Positions 1 through 9,727 of a stretch of 41,831 bases of DNA are shown one piece after another; the first letter of the stretch is position 1, and each line of letters starts with the position of its first letter. Both the position numbers and the translations under genes were made by a program. The notes beneath the pieces were generated by a model. That model was given only the letters and a program-made list of their open reading frames with translations. It made no database searches and was not told the origin of the DNA. Where the stretch lies: NCBI GenBank assembly GCA_030622435.1, contig JAUXGE010000001.1:1-41831 (forward strand). The letters run 5' to 3'. The stretch is from Planctomycetota bacterium. GTDB taxonomy: Bacteria; Planctomycetota; Phycisphaerae; UBA1845.

Positions 1-1796
1 CCGTCGATTCCCAACTGCTGACACTCGCAACGCGAAGCCGTGTCGGAAAGGCAAACATTAGGGCTCGCGCTAATGTTACAGCACCGACCCGTCGGGAAGA
101 TAACATCAGCGCCGACAACACCGAGCAGCGGTAAGAACTCGCTGTTGTTCGGCGGCCCTTGAACCATGTTCGAGTACATGTTCGCCAGCCCCAGTCCGAC
201 GTGGAAGTCGCCGGCCGGGCAATCGCACATCGTCTTTAGCGTCAGCGAACCCAGGTACAAGTCGACGTGCGGACTGGGAATCGCTTCACTCAGCAGCCCC
301 GCGCCATAGCGGTAGTCCAGGGTGCTCATGTCCACGTCACCCCAGTAAATCATACCCGGACCAGAAAAAATCCACCTCCAACCCTGGTTGTCCGCGAAGC
401 CGGCGGCACATACGTCCGGCGGAAGACCGGGGTGGTTACATCCACCCCTCAGCGCGCCGTCACCGATCGGACCCTGCGCAGCGATGCAGTCTTCGTCGTC
501 CGCACAAGCGGGTTGCCAAGGCGTCAGTGTGCACTTCAACCCGGCGCTGTAACCGGAGGCATCAAGAGTGGCCTGAAATGACTTCACGGTGATACCCTCA
601 TAATCCGGATCCCAGTCCGAAACATAAATCTCGAACCACAAGTGGCGTTCGGAACCAGGATAGGACTGATCGATCGTGACCGAATTGCCGTCGATCGTCA
701 CGTCGACGGGAGAGGCCCCAGGCGGGATGGCATCGACGCTCATCGGAACCACCTGCATGATGGTGTCCGTCTGAGCAAACGCCTGACCCACGAAGTTGTT
801 GTAGTAAACCGGGGCATCTGGCCCATAGGCAAAGTAGTAATCCGCAGCACCGTCATTACAGAACGTCGGGTGCGGGGCTACACCTGCATTGCAGCCACCA
901 CCGGCCGGAGTCCAGTTGTTCTGATCCGCATCCGTGTGGTCGCAAGCCACCGTCCCGGGGGCGCCGCCCACGTCGTCACAGCAGAAGCCGGCCGTGTAGC
1001 CGGAAGCCGTGGCACAGTAACCGTGCTGATCGCATCCCCAGATCGCACCCAAGAAATCGCCGGCACCAACCTGCGGCTTTGTCATGGCACCGCCAGTGAT
1101 GAAGCCGTCGGACATACGCCATGCCCAACGGCAGACGTCGCCAGGCATAACCACACCAAAGACCTCAGTGCAGTTGACCGGAACCTTCGCGGCGAAGATA
1201 CACTTGAGGTCATAGACAACGGCCTCAGGCAGATCGGTCCACGTGCAACTCGTCCCGGCAATCGGTGCGGGTACCGCCGCGCAGACGGTGCTCTGAGCAC
1301 CGAGCGGATCGCCGTCCCACAGCTCGATCGTGAAACCGCCAGTGCCGTTGAAGGCACCGAAGTTGTAGGTACTGACGTAAACCCTCGCCATCCACGATGA
1401 CAGATCGGTCCCCGGCACAAAGCCGTTACCGAAAATCATCTGCGACCATTGCATCGTGCCGGGCTCGTTGTCGTGAAAGTAGCCGTACCCGGAGTCGAGC
1501 ATCTGTGAAAAGACCACAGCCTCGGCACCGGCACCGGTCGCAGTCACACCACGAGCAAAGGCCTCGTCGTTAATGACCTCGATCACAATATTCTGGGGGT
1601 GGCTAGGCACCTCAGCCTCAGCGTTGGCCTCCCCCCGGGGGTTGATCAACGACGGGGTCTCAACATGGACCACGCGTGCTCTTCCCTGCAACACCTCGGG
1701 GAGTGTGTAGCCATCGTCACCCTGTGGAGCAGCTGATGCAGCAACGCAAAAAGCGAGCACACCAACAGCAGCCACACCAACAAGAATCTTTTTCAT
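1..1796 (-). CDS. secreted Cys-containing surface protein, partial (C-terminus lies beyond the left edge)
   Basis: It is absent from the ORF track because it has no stop in the window. My own minus-strand translation from the ATG at 1796 stays open to position 1 (about 598 codons): MKKILVGVAAVGVLAFCVAASAAPQGDDGY... An AAGGAGG Shine-Dalgarno lies at 1805-1811. The N-terminus looks like a signal peptide. It carries CC-x-G-x-C type motifs like the neighbouring giant gene. The plus-strand ORF 642-1400 is antisense to it. Confidence 0.75.
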   Translation of the reverse strand, partial: MKKILVGVAAVGVLAFCVAASAAPQGDDGYTLPEVLQGRARVVHVETPSLINPRGEANAEAEVPSHPQNIVIEVINDEAFARGVTATGAGAEAVVFSQMLDSGYGYFHDNEPGTMQWSQMIFGNGFVPGTDLSSWMARVYVSTYNFGAFNGTGGFTIELWDGDPLGAQSTVCAAVPAPIAGTSCTWTDLPEAVVYDLKCIFAAKVPVNCTEVFGVVMPGDVCRWAWRMSDGFITGGAMTKPQVGAGDFLGAIWGCDQHGYCATASGYTAGFCCDDVGGAPGTVACDHTDADQNNWTPAGGGCNAGVAPHPTFCNDGAADYYFAYGPDAPVYYNNFVGQAFAQTDTIMQVVPMSVDAIPPGASPVDVTIDGNSVTIDQSYPGSERHLWFEIYVSDWDPDYEGITVKSFQATLDASGYSAGLKCTLTPWQPACADDEDCIAAQGPIGDGALRGGCNHPGLPPDVCAAGFADNQGWRWIFSGPGMIYWGDVDMSTLDYRYGAGLLSEAIPSPHVDLYLGSLTLKTMCDCPAGDFHVGLGLANMYSNMVQGPPNNSEFLPLLGVVGADVIFPTGRCCNISASPNVCLSDTASRCECQQLGID

Positions 1797-2070
1797 CTTC
1801 CAAACCTCCTTAGGGGAATGAATCCCATGTCCCAATCGATACGACTTACGATAACCAAAAAACTCACAAAACGACTGTTCTTGTCCTCCGCTTGTTCTCC
1901 TAAATGAAAGCCCTCCTCGTAGATAACGCCCGCGGCCAGGTTTTTGTAACCTGTCTTACCACCAGAAACCAAACGACACGACACACAACCTCCCTTGTTT
2001 CCGAAATCAGAATGCTTCAGCCAATGTACCTCAATAGCGGACTCTAATCAACCACTAAATTGTCGCCGAA

Positions 2071-2100
2071 TCGGGGTGGGCCAAAATGGGCCCACCCCGA
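2071..2100 (-). terminator. 12-bp GC-rich hairpin about 25 nt downstream of the 1780-aa CDS
   Basis: tcggggtgggcc / aaaatg / ggcccaccccga forms a perfect stem. There is no clear U-tract. A related GGGGTGGG hairpin follows the paralogous gene end at 41637-41662. Confidence 0.5.
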
Positions 2101-2125
2101 CCCGGGACTAACCGGTTGTGCCAAA

Positions 2126-5100
2126 CTAGGGCGCCCCGGCAATGAAACCAGTGCAAGGACGCGGACTCGGCGGCGGGAACCCAGGACCAGGATACTGTTG
2201 GCCCAGGAACGCACCAAGAGTGTACGTCACGTCCGTAATGTTGATTGCCTGGTCCGGAACCCTGTGGTCACCGGCCGGTGATCCTTCCATGTCCGCCCGG
2301 GCCTTCATCAGGTTGCCCGGAAGGTTCTTCCACTTGTCCAGTACCGCTGTAACGTCCCCGATGCCCGTATTGGTTGTTCCAAGCGGGGGCGAGCACGGAA
2401 TCGTTGTGCAGTCCTCAACACAGTCCCCCCACTTGGTTTGCTGCATGACCAACGGATCCGAGAAGCTGCTTTCGACCCCCGTCGAGCAGGAGCTGTCGGC
2501 CATCTGTATGTGGTAGATGCCAAGTGGGACGATGCCCTCGTCGAACACGTGGACCACGCCGGCCGACGCCCAGTCGTATGCCTCGGGCGGTGAGCAACTC
2601 AGAGTCGAGGCCAGGAAGGTGTCAGAGGGCAGACCTCCGACAGCTTCGGGACATTCAGTTGCCGGCGGAACCGGCGTCGATACACCTGCGTTCTCACAGT
2701 AGGGGAGAGGCGGGTTAACGTACATCTCCACGCCGTTCCAGGAATCGTACGGCGCGGGCAGATCCACGAATGTCACCCGGACATACCCCGTATGCCCATC
2801 ATCCTGAGCGATGAACGACAAGTACCTACCCTTCTGGCTGATCGGATTGCCGAAAAGGTCGGGGAGCGTCTCGGGCTCAGGCGGAGTCGACGGGAAGCAG
2901 AGGGATGCCGTGCACGCGATGTCCACGAGCCCTCTTCCGGCCCCTGCCGCGGCTTCGCTGTTGCGTCCCCATCCGCCGAGACGGACCAGGTAGCACTCGC
3001 CTGGGAAGACGATCATCCCGTCCATGTAGCCGGAACCTTCGTCCGCGATACCGTTGCAGCCCTCGTCGCTCACGCCGATCGTAGTCGAGGGCGGCGGACC
3101 CTCGCCGGGACACATACACACATCCGGGAAGTCCGGATCGTGGTACATGGCCATGAAGCTGTCGTAACCACCGTCGCCGTTTCCGCTCATGCACATGCTG
3201 GCGACCAGTTCGCCAGTGCAGGTGGTCGTGTAGGCGAACCAGATGTCCTTCCCGAGCGCGCTTTCACTTCCACCGCCCGCGAACTCAGGACCGTCCGTCG
3301 TGTAGCAGGTCGTGTCGAAGCCGGTAAGTCCGTCGCTGACCACCAACGCGCCTGACTCGCCCGGCGCTGACTGGCAATTCAGCCCGCCCGCGGCGATCTG
3401 ACCTCTGGCGCCCAAGCAATCATCGCCCTCGTTGAAGCAGGTTCCCTCATCCGAGCACAGGGCGTCACGAGTCCAGACGCCACCGAGTTCAAGCTCGCAA
3501 TGGACGAGTGTTACGTTTTCGGTTGTGGTATCCTCGCAATCGCAGCAACAACCCGTCGGGGGATCCGGCAGGGTGAAGGCAAGGGGGCCTGTCGGTCCAC
3601 CCAGGCAGAACTGCACGTCTACCGACTTGCCGCTGCCGTTCACGTAACCACTTCCGATCTCCATGTTCTGATCGGGACGATCATCCGTACCGAACAGGGA
3701 CCAGGCGTTCCCGAAGCCGTCCTCCTGGTAGGTCTGATACCAGGACCACCAGCAGGTGCTATCGGGATTGCAGCTTTGTCCCTCACGATCACCACTGACG
3801 CAATAACCGTCTTCGCACTCTCCGTTCGGACAGATATTCCGGTTGCTGGCAACCTCGAGCCAATGCGTCTCATCGGCGATCAAGGGAATCGCAGTCGGAA
3901 GTTCCAGCGTCCAGCCGTGCACGTTGAAGCCGGTCCAGAAGAAGCCCGGCGAATCGACGGGGCCTCGACCCACGGCGTCACCGTAGACAAGCTGTTCGCC
4001 CACTAGCGCGCCCGGCTGCCCGGGTGGAACGCTGTCCGCATAGACACGAACACGGAAGCTCTCATCCCCATCCGGGACCTTCCACACACACTCGAACTGC
4101 TCGTACCCTTCCGACCCGGTCGGACCGTCACCAAGATCGTCCATGTACGTACCCCAGACGCAAATGGTCTTGAGGCTGTCACCAGACGGGATGAAGTCAT
4201 CCGCGATGGCCGTTCCCGTCGGTGGGATGCCCAGATCGCTCGATCCCGCATAGTTGCCCGCTGCCGCACCCACAGTGGCTTGGCAGTTGGCTTCGCCCTG
4301 GATCTCGCACGTCGGACACGGTTGCTTCGGATAGTCGCACTGGGCTCCGCCATAGTAGGTGCCTCCGAGCGTGGTTACGCACAGATCGCGGTCCATGGCG
4401 CCGTCGTCGTCCTGGCACTGTCCCGGTCCAAGGCAACACGCGCCGAAGTCGCATGCACCGAACTCACACGAGATTACGGGATTGAGATTCGAGGGGAGGT
4501 TGCCGAAGCCGAGCCAGTAGCCGCCGGCCTCGTCGCAATCCAGCTCGTTGTAGAGCTCACAGGACCCGTCCGGCAGGCAACATGCGGCAACAGGACATGT
4601 CACGGCCGTGATGTGGAGCTGGTACTGCCCGAAGTGACCGCCGGTCGCGGTGTAGATCGGGTGGTAGTAGATCCCGTCTCTCAGGCGCGTCCACGTCTGC
4701 CAGAGGTTGTCATTCGGGCAGAAGGGATCGCCGCGGTCGTTGCCGTCGATACCGTTGCCGATCGGCGGCGGGGCGGTCGTGTTGTTGTACACGCCACCGC
4801 ACGGATCACAATCGGAGTACAGGAACGCCCACTGCGGCTGATGGATCGGCTCGGAGCAGCACATGTCGATCCGGATATCGCTGCAGTTGTCGTCTCCGCT
4901 GTCCAGGCTGAACGCGTGCCACCATCCGCGATCGCGAGTGCCGCCGTCCTCGTCGAAGATACCGGCCTCGCACGTTCCACTGGTGTGGTCGTCGAACGTC
5001 GCCTGCTTGTTGTCACCCGTGAAGGTGAGGGTCTGCAGGGTCGTCGTTACATTGAGAACAACCACATTGGTCCTTGCCAGAGCACAGGTATCCCAACCCG

Positions 5101-7468
5101 CGTAGATGGGCTGCTCACAGCAGTTGTTTTCGCAACTGGTTCCGAACCCTTGCGAGATGCTCCCTGGCTCACAGGGAGCCTCGCAGGTTTCAGGATCACA
5201 GTCTACGTCGCTCAGGCAAGTGTCGGCGCCTACGCACGTTTCGCCGGATGGGCAATCCGCAGCGATGGCGCACGTGGTTGCGGTGGTCACGCTGCACGTA
5301 CCGGTGTTCGTGCAGAAGCCACCCGTTGTTTCCAGGCAATCACCTGCCGGATCACAGCACGCGCTCTTCAAGCATGCTTCCCTCGGGCGGTTGCACTCGC
5401 CCGTGGTATCGTCGCACGTGCCACCCGGGCAACCGCACGGATCGCCGAGGCATGTGCCGCCTGCTGGGCAATCGCACGGATCGCCGTCGTTGGCGCCACC
5501 TACGCACTCGGTTCCGTCGCAAGTGCCGGCGAAACATGCGTTGGCGCCGCAAGCCTCGCCGTCGCGGTCGCCGCCCTCACAGAGATCTTTGTCTCCGCCG
5601 ATGCAATCGGTGCCGTTGCATGTACCGCCGTTGGGGCAGAGATCGGGGTTGGCGCCGCAGGGCTCGCCTTCGCGTTCACCGCCGTCACAGATAATGCACT
5701 GTTCATCGGTGGAGCACGAGACGAAGGGATCGTTGCTGCAGACGATGCAGCCCGTTCCGTTGCCCTGGTACAGGTTCCCGGAACCCTCGCAATCCCAGCG
5801 CACCTCCTCGGTGCAAACGCCGGATTCGACATCGCAGCAGGCACCCACAGGTTCAGAGGTGTAATCGCCGACGATCTCGAACGCCAGGATATGCGGGTTC
5901 GGGGAAGTCAGTTCGGCGCACGACAGACAAGGCGCGCCGTCGATCCACAGCCTGGTCGGATCATTGGTTCCGGCCTCGACGACACCCGTCGACCACCAGG
6001 ACGACAGGTTGTCCTGCGAGAATTCCTCCGCCGGCTTCAAGGCCATGTAACCCTCGCACGGGATGACCGGCGACTCAGTGAAGATCACGGTCCGCAGCAC
6101 TTCCGTGCCGCTTTCAGCCGGGGAGGTAATGACGTCCTCGATGAAATTGCCGGCCATGTCATAGAACGTCACGCGCATGCGCGACCCGACACCATCCGGG
6201 AACCCGCCGACAAAGCGGATTGTCGTTGCCGCAAACCACTCGTCGCCCGTGGTGCAGCCCGCCAGCTTGTAGTCGTCGCCGATTTCCTTGTAGGGACGGC
6301 AAGTGCCCACGCCGGCCGGACCAAGCAGCTCGACCACCGACGTACCTTCGACGATTCCGGAGCTGTACTCGGGGCAGTCGTAATCCTCGCCGGCGTTGGG
6401 CAGATTAGGCGCGGCCAGGATGTCACAATCGCCGTCGTCCTCGGTCGTATTCGCCCTGTCGCCCAGCGCCAGCCAATCGCCTGTACAACCGGCGAGTTTC
6501 TCGCGCGAGCAGGCTGGGTCGCAGCACCGGCCCCACCCGCAAGTGTAGGGCGTGCCCTCTTTGCACACCGCGTTGGTACCGCAGGGAGGCGGTGATATGG
6601 TACGGCAGACACCGCCGCACAAGTCACCTACTTCCACCCCGCACTCGGCATTTGTCGTGCACGAATTGCCCGCGAGCGAACCGACACACTCCTGGGGTGT
6701 GCACTGCTCCACACCGTTGCAGTCCATCCCGTCGTCGCACGTATCAACGACCGCCTCCGGATCGCACGGCGTCACACAGGCGCCGGTTGCTGCGACTGAG
6801 CCTGTTACCGCGTCCTCGTCGCAGATCAACGCCGGGAACCGGTCGCACGGATCGGTCGGCATCTTCTCTTCGACGCAGTGGCCGTCAGGACAATCCTCGT
6901 CAACAGCGCAACCGAGCCCCTCTTTCGCGCCGGCATCGCACGCCAAACGTACCTGGCCCGTGATGTCGACACACAGCCCAAACCCGTCGCATAGCTCGTA
7001 CCCGTTGCAGAAGAATGGGTCGTTGCAAGGAGCGCATTCCACTGCGTCGGAAATCACGCACCCACCGGAAACACACTCGCCGACGAGGCACGGATCGCAT
7101 GCGTCGCACTCGATATCGAGCTCACACTCACCTTCAGCCGGACCGCCCGTACGCGCGGCGATCATTCCGGCGCTCGGCTGGTCCACGCCCTCGAGAATGA
7201 GCAACGGGACCTCCCCATTCACTCGGAACAACTCTGCCGCCGAACTTGTCGCATAAACAGGCGCAACACGGCCGATACGACTGGACGGTATCCCGTCCGG
7301 GTATGCCACCAAGCTGGATTGCAAACCCCTGGAGCCTACCTTAGCACCCCGCGTTACACCGTCGTTGTCCGACGGCGCACCGTGAAGTGATAGGCTGCAG
7401 GCGAGAATACCTGCTGCTACAACGCCCAACACTGGGCGCCATCCATATTTGCCGTTACACGTCTTCAT
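2126..7468 (-). CDS. giant (1780 aa) extremely Cys-rich secreted protein with a dockerin/EF-hand-like C-terminal module
   Basis: ORF from the track. A GGAGGAGG SD lies at 7478-7485. The N-terminal signal peptide is WRPVLGVVAAGILACSLSLHGAPSD. Cys-rich modules recur throughout (GACC..G.C....C..GG.Y, and G(E/D)xCGAN..GTC.GT(D/E)C). The C-terminus IGDVTAVLDKWKN...INITDVTYTLGAFLG resembles dockerin-type helices. Confidence 0.9.
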   Translation of the reverse strand: MKTCNGKYGWRPVLGVVAAGILACSLSLHGAPSDNDGVTRGAKVGSRGLQSSLVAYPDGIPSSRIGRVAPVYATSSAAELFRVNGEVPLLILEGVDQPSAGMIAARTGGPAEGECELDIECDACDPCLVGECVSGGCVISDAVECAPCNDPFFCNGYELCDGFGLCVDITGQVRLACDAGAKEGLGCAVDEDCPDGHCVEEKMPTDPCDRFPALICDEDAVTGSVAATGACVTPCDPEAVVDTCDDGMDCNGVEQCTPQECVGSLAGNSCTTNAECGVEVGDLCGGVCRTISPPPCGTNAVCKEGTPYTCGWGRCCDPACSREKLAGCTGDWLALGDRANTTEDDGDCDILAAPNLPNAGEDYDCPEYSSGIVEGTSVVELLGPAGVGTCRPYKEIGDDYKLAGCTTGDEWFAATTIRFVGGFPDGVGSRMRVTFYDMAGNFIEDVITSPAESGTEVLRTVIFTESPVIPCEGYMALKPAEEFSQDNLSSWWSTGVVEAGTNDPTRLWIDGAPCLSCAELTSPNPHILAFEIVGDYTSEPVGACCDVESGVCTEEVRWDCEGSGNLYQGNGTGCIVCSNDPFVSCSTDEQCIICDGGEREGEPCGANPDLCPNGGTCNGTDCIGGDKDLCEGGDRDGEACGANACFAGTCDGTECVGGANDGDPCDCPAGGTCLGDPCGCPGGTCDDTTGECNRPREACLKSACCDPAGDCLETTGGFCTNTGTCSVTTATTCAIAADCPSGETCVGADTCLSDVDCDPETCEAPCEPGSISQGFGTSCENNCCEQPIYAGWDTCALARTNVVVLNVTTTLQTLTFTGDNKQATFDDHTSGTCEAGIFDEDGGTRDRGWWHAFSLDSGDDNCSDIRIDMCCSEPIHQPQWAFLYSDCDPCGGVYNNTTAPPPIGNGIDGNDRGDPFCPNDNLWQTWTRLRDGIYYHPIYTATGGHFGQYQLHITAVTCPVAACCLPDGSCELYNELDCDEAGGYWLGFGNLPSNLNPVISCEFGACDFGACCLGPGQCQDDDGAMDRDLCVTTLGGTYYGGAQCDYPKQPCPTCEIQGEANCQATVGAAAGNYAGSSDLGIPPTGTAIADDFIPSGDSLKTICVWGTYMDDLGDGPTGSEGYEQFECVWKVPDGDESFRVRVYADSVPPGQPGALVGEQLVYGDAVGRGPVDSPGFFWTGFNVHGWTLELPTAIPLIADETHWLEVASNRNICPNGECEDGYCVSGDREGQSCNPDSTCWWSWYQTYQEDGFGNAWSLFGTDDRPDQNMEIGSGYVNGSGKSVDVQFCLGGPTGPLAFTLPDPPTGCCCDCEDTTTENVTLVHCELELGGVWTRDALCSDEGTCFNEGDDCLGARGQIAAGGLNCQSAPGESGALVVSDGLTGFDTTCYTTDGPEFAGGGSESALGKDIWFAYTTTCTGELVASMCMSGNGDGGYDSFMAMYHDPDFPDVCMCPGEGPPPSTTIGVSDEGCNGIADEGSGYMDGMIVFPGECYLVRLGGWGRNSEAAAGAGRGLVDIACTASLCFPSTPPEPETLPDLFGNPISQKGRYLSFIAQDDGHTGYVRVTFVDLPAPYDSWNGVEMYVNPPLPYCENAGVSTPVPPATECPEAVGGLPSDTFLASTLSCSPPEAYDWASAGVVHVFDEGIVPLGIYHIQMADSSCSTGVESSFSDPLVMQQTKWGDCVEDCTTIPCSPPLGTTNTGIGDVTAVLDKWKNLPGNLMKARADMEGSPAGDHRVPDQAINITDVTYTLGAFLGQQYPGPGFPPPSPRPCTGFIAGAP

Positions 7469-8000
7469 CGATTCATACCTCCTCCAAACGCAGACTTACT
7501 GAAAGGCGAAAATGTTCCGTTTGACGCTACCCGCACCTTCCTGGCCTCCTGTTCAAATAGACACCTGATTCACCCAAACTTAATTACCGTGACAACGATA
7601 CAGCTCCGGGAACAATCCGAAGCACAGCATCGCACTGCGATCCGCCGAGGACATACCGACTCCGGCCGACACGAATACGGGCGAAAGAGCAGCGAACGTT
7701 TGGGTTACCGGCTACGGTCCTTCACAGAATCCCACAAATGACGCTGTGTCCACACACAACCGGCACCACTCGTCGTACCGAACGACGAGCAGCGACAGAC
7801 CTCCATTAAATTTGCTGTTTGAATGGAGCTTCTACCCACCTAACGCATTTAGACGCACCTGACGCCAGCCTGCCAAAGCCCTCCCTTGTTGCGAATACCA
7901 CCCGTGCCGGCCTACTCCCACAGGCGACACGACCCACAACCAACGCAGCCTCGAGTTTGATATGAGCCTCGAAGCTAGGTCCCTAATATTGACGAGGCCG

Positions 8001-8029
8001 ATATTACCAGATTCAACATTTCGAGTCAA
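8001..8029 (-). promoter_or_regulatory. near-consensus sigma70-type promoter (TTGACT-17 nt-TAATAT) pointing toward the 1780-aa gene
   Basis: The minus strand reads GCCAAAAAAGA TTGACT CGAAATGTTGAATCTGG TAATAT. The -35 is at 8029-8024, the -10 at 8006-8001, and an A-tract sits just upstream. It implies a leader of about 0.5 kb to the ATG at 7468. Confidence 0.45.
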
Positions 8030-8637
8030 TCTTTTTTGGCTTTCTTTCAAAACGCAACGCGCATCTTGAGTAACACGAGCAATCACGGGTAATGGGTCTG
8101 GCCGTTCTCGCCCCGCGCACAAGGCTACACGGCGTTTGTACCGGTCGGAGGACAGACGAAAGCTACGTGCTCACCTGATCGGGTGCAGTGGCGCACGATT
8201 TTCCAAGGCGCGCCAACCCAATATGAAATCGCCCTTCAAAAAAACAGGTCTGGTCACCTCTATGTCGTGCGTCCGATTCCAATCGAAGACTCGACTGTCG
8301 TGTCCCGATCTCGCACGAGGAGTCGATGCCCATGCTGGACATCCGGAAAAGATTCGCAAGAAAAGTTCCCGATAACCCATGTTTCTCTCCGAATGGTCGG
8401 CAGCCGAACGGTCGGTAGCCTTTGCAGTCCGCCGATGGCCAGCCCATGAAGCAGATCCGAGTTCCACGCCGGTGTATCGATAACCGCGTTCGTACCGAGT
8501 TCCCGGCAAATCTCTCATTCTTCGATGTGACAAACAGGCTCGGTCCGTTACCTGGCCTCGAATAGTCCCTCATGCAGGGTTCGCCGGAGCATGCACGCAG
8601 GAAGGGGGTACACGTTAGCTTCTGACTCGTGGGATTC

Positions 8638-8665
8638 TTGACGTGGCTTCTTCGATCGCTACGGT
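8638..8665 (+). promoter_or_regulatory. possible promoter for tRNA-Ala (TTGACG-16 nt-TACGGT)
   Basis: The hexamers are at 8638-8643 and 8660-8665. The tRNA begins at 8682. The -10 is weak. Confidence 0.25.
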
Positions 8666-8681
8666 GATGCGTCGTACTACC

Positions 8682-8755
<74 letters not shown>

Positions 8756-9405
8756 GTCAACGCAAGTCGCGCCGATCGCTGAATCCGCATCCGATCCGTA
8801 TATCCTCAATAGACGTCTTTCAGCAGGCTCACGGTCGCGGCTCGGGGACATGCACACAACCGTGTTCTCACCGGTCGAGTATCTGTCAGCCTGATCTATG
8901 TCGGGAGTCACTGGCGGGAAACGCCGTACCGTGAGAATCAGAACCACCAGACACAAGCGGTCTTGTCCACACAGGGTTCGATGACCGCTCCATCACGGTA
9001 CTGATCCTACCACGCCTGACGCTAAACACGTACGCGCGTGGGGCATTGCACCCTGCGTCTGGGGCGGCTGGCGGGGTGACGCCGTCCGGGACGACTGCTT
9101 CTGACAGATCGCTTCCACACACGTAAGGCCATACGGTTCGAAACGCTATGCAATGAACGAACCTCAGCGTTCTCCTTATTCTCCGCGGTGAGAAACCCGG
9201 TCAGGCGGTGGTTCATTGTCCGGCATGGTGCGTCTGGGACGCACCCTATGAGTAGGGCTTCTTCACGGCTTGCAGGAGCATGCCCACACTGCGCGTGGAG
9301 CATGCCACCCGGCGCGCGCGAAACAGTCCTGCTACCGGTTGAGGGGACTGTGGGTGTGGCCGAGTTCTGTGGTACTGTGTCATTATCCCGTCCTCATGAG
9401 GTTGT

Positions 9406-9531
9406 GGCGGCCTGCGTCCTCGCAGGCCGTTTTCCCAGGTAGGTGCTGTGGCACACGTCGGCCGGCGGGGACGCCGGCCGCTACGGAAAGACACGAATCG
9501 TTCGCCCTTGCCGCAAACGATGGCCACCCCC
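9406..9531. repeat. dispersed repeat family, copy A (contains 9-bp GC hairpin 9459-9480)
   Basis: It aligns by eye over about 125 nt, with most positions matching, to the reverse complement of 41275-41402. The shared core is cggccggcg-ggga-cgccggccg followed by ctac. A more diverged copy lies at 23775-23862. Confidence 0.6.
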
Positions 9532-9689
9532 GGAAAGCGTTCGAGCAATCCTTGACTATGGTCTAGCTCCCTGGTACCAATTCAGCGCGAGGCACCCGCC
9601 CGGGTTGCGAATCCTGAGCGACTGTGCGGTACCGCGAGATATGGGGCGGCGCATCGGCTCAGTGGGCTGTCGCCCTTCATCGCCCAGCA

Positions 9690-9718
9690 TTGAAGAAACG
9701 ACGTAAGCCGATTATTTG
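9690..9718 (+). promoter_or_regulatory. possible promoter for tRNA-Ser (TTGAAG-17 nt-TATTTG)
   Basis: The hexamers are at 9690-9695 and 9713-9718, 9 nt before the tRNA 5' end. Support is hexamer resemblance only. Confidence 0.25.
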
Positions 9719-9727
9719 CAATAGGTT

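Noticed and set aside
642-1400. 252-aa plus-strand ORF and the minus ORFs 878-1069 and 1082-1420
   Set aside because: They overlap the partial minus-strand CDS 1-1796, which has an SD, a signal peptide and family-like Cys motifs. The alternative frames are Arg/Gly/Thr-rich with no supporting signals.
4280-6595. 771-aa plus-strand ORF, together with 5106-5864, 6552-7256, 2792-3355 and 3500-4006
   Set aside because: All of these lie antisense to, or out of frame within, the 1780-aa minus-strand CDS. Their Ala/Arg/Gly/Val-rich low-complexity translations have no start context. They are the open antisense frames typical of high-G+C DNA.
9505-9566. tmRNA-like tag reading (…AANDGHPRKAFEQSLTMV*)
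   Set aside because: The sequence is part of the dispersed repeat, and a homologous stretch occurs inverted at 41275-41402. The peptide does not end in a hydrophobic LAA-type tag, and no tRNA-like acceptor/T-arm is nearby.
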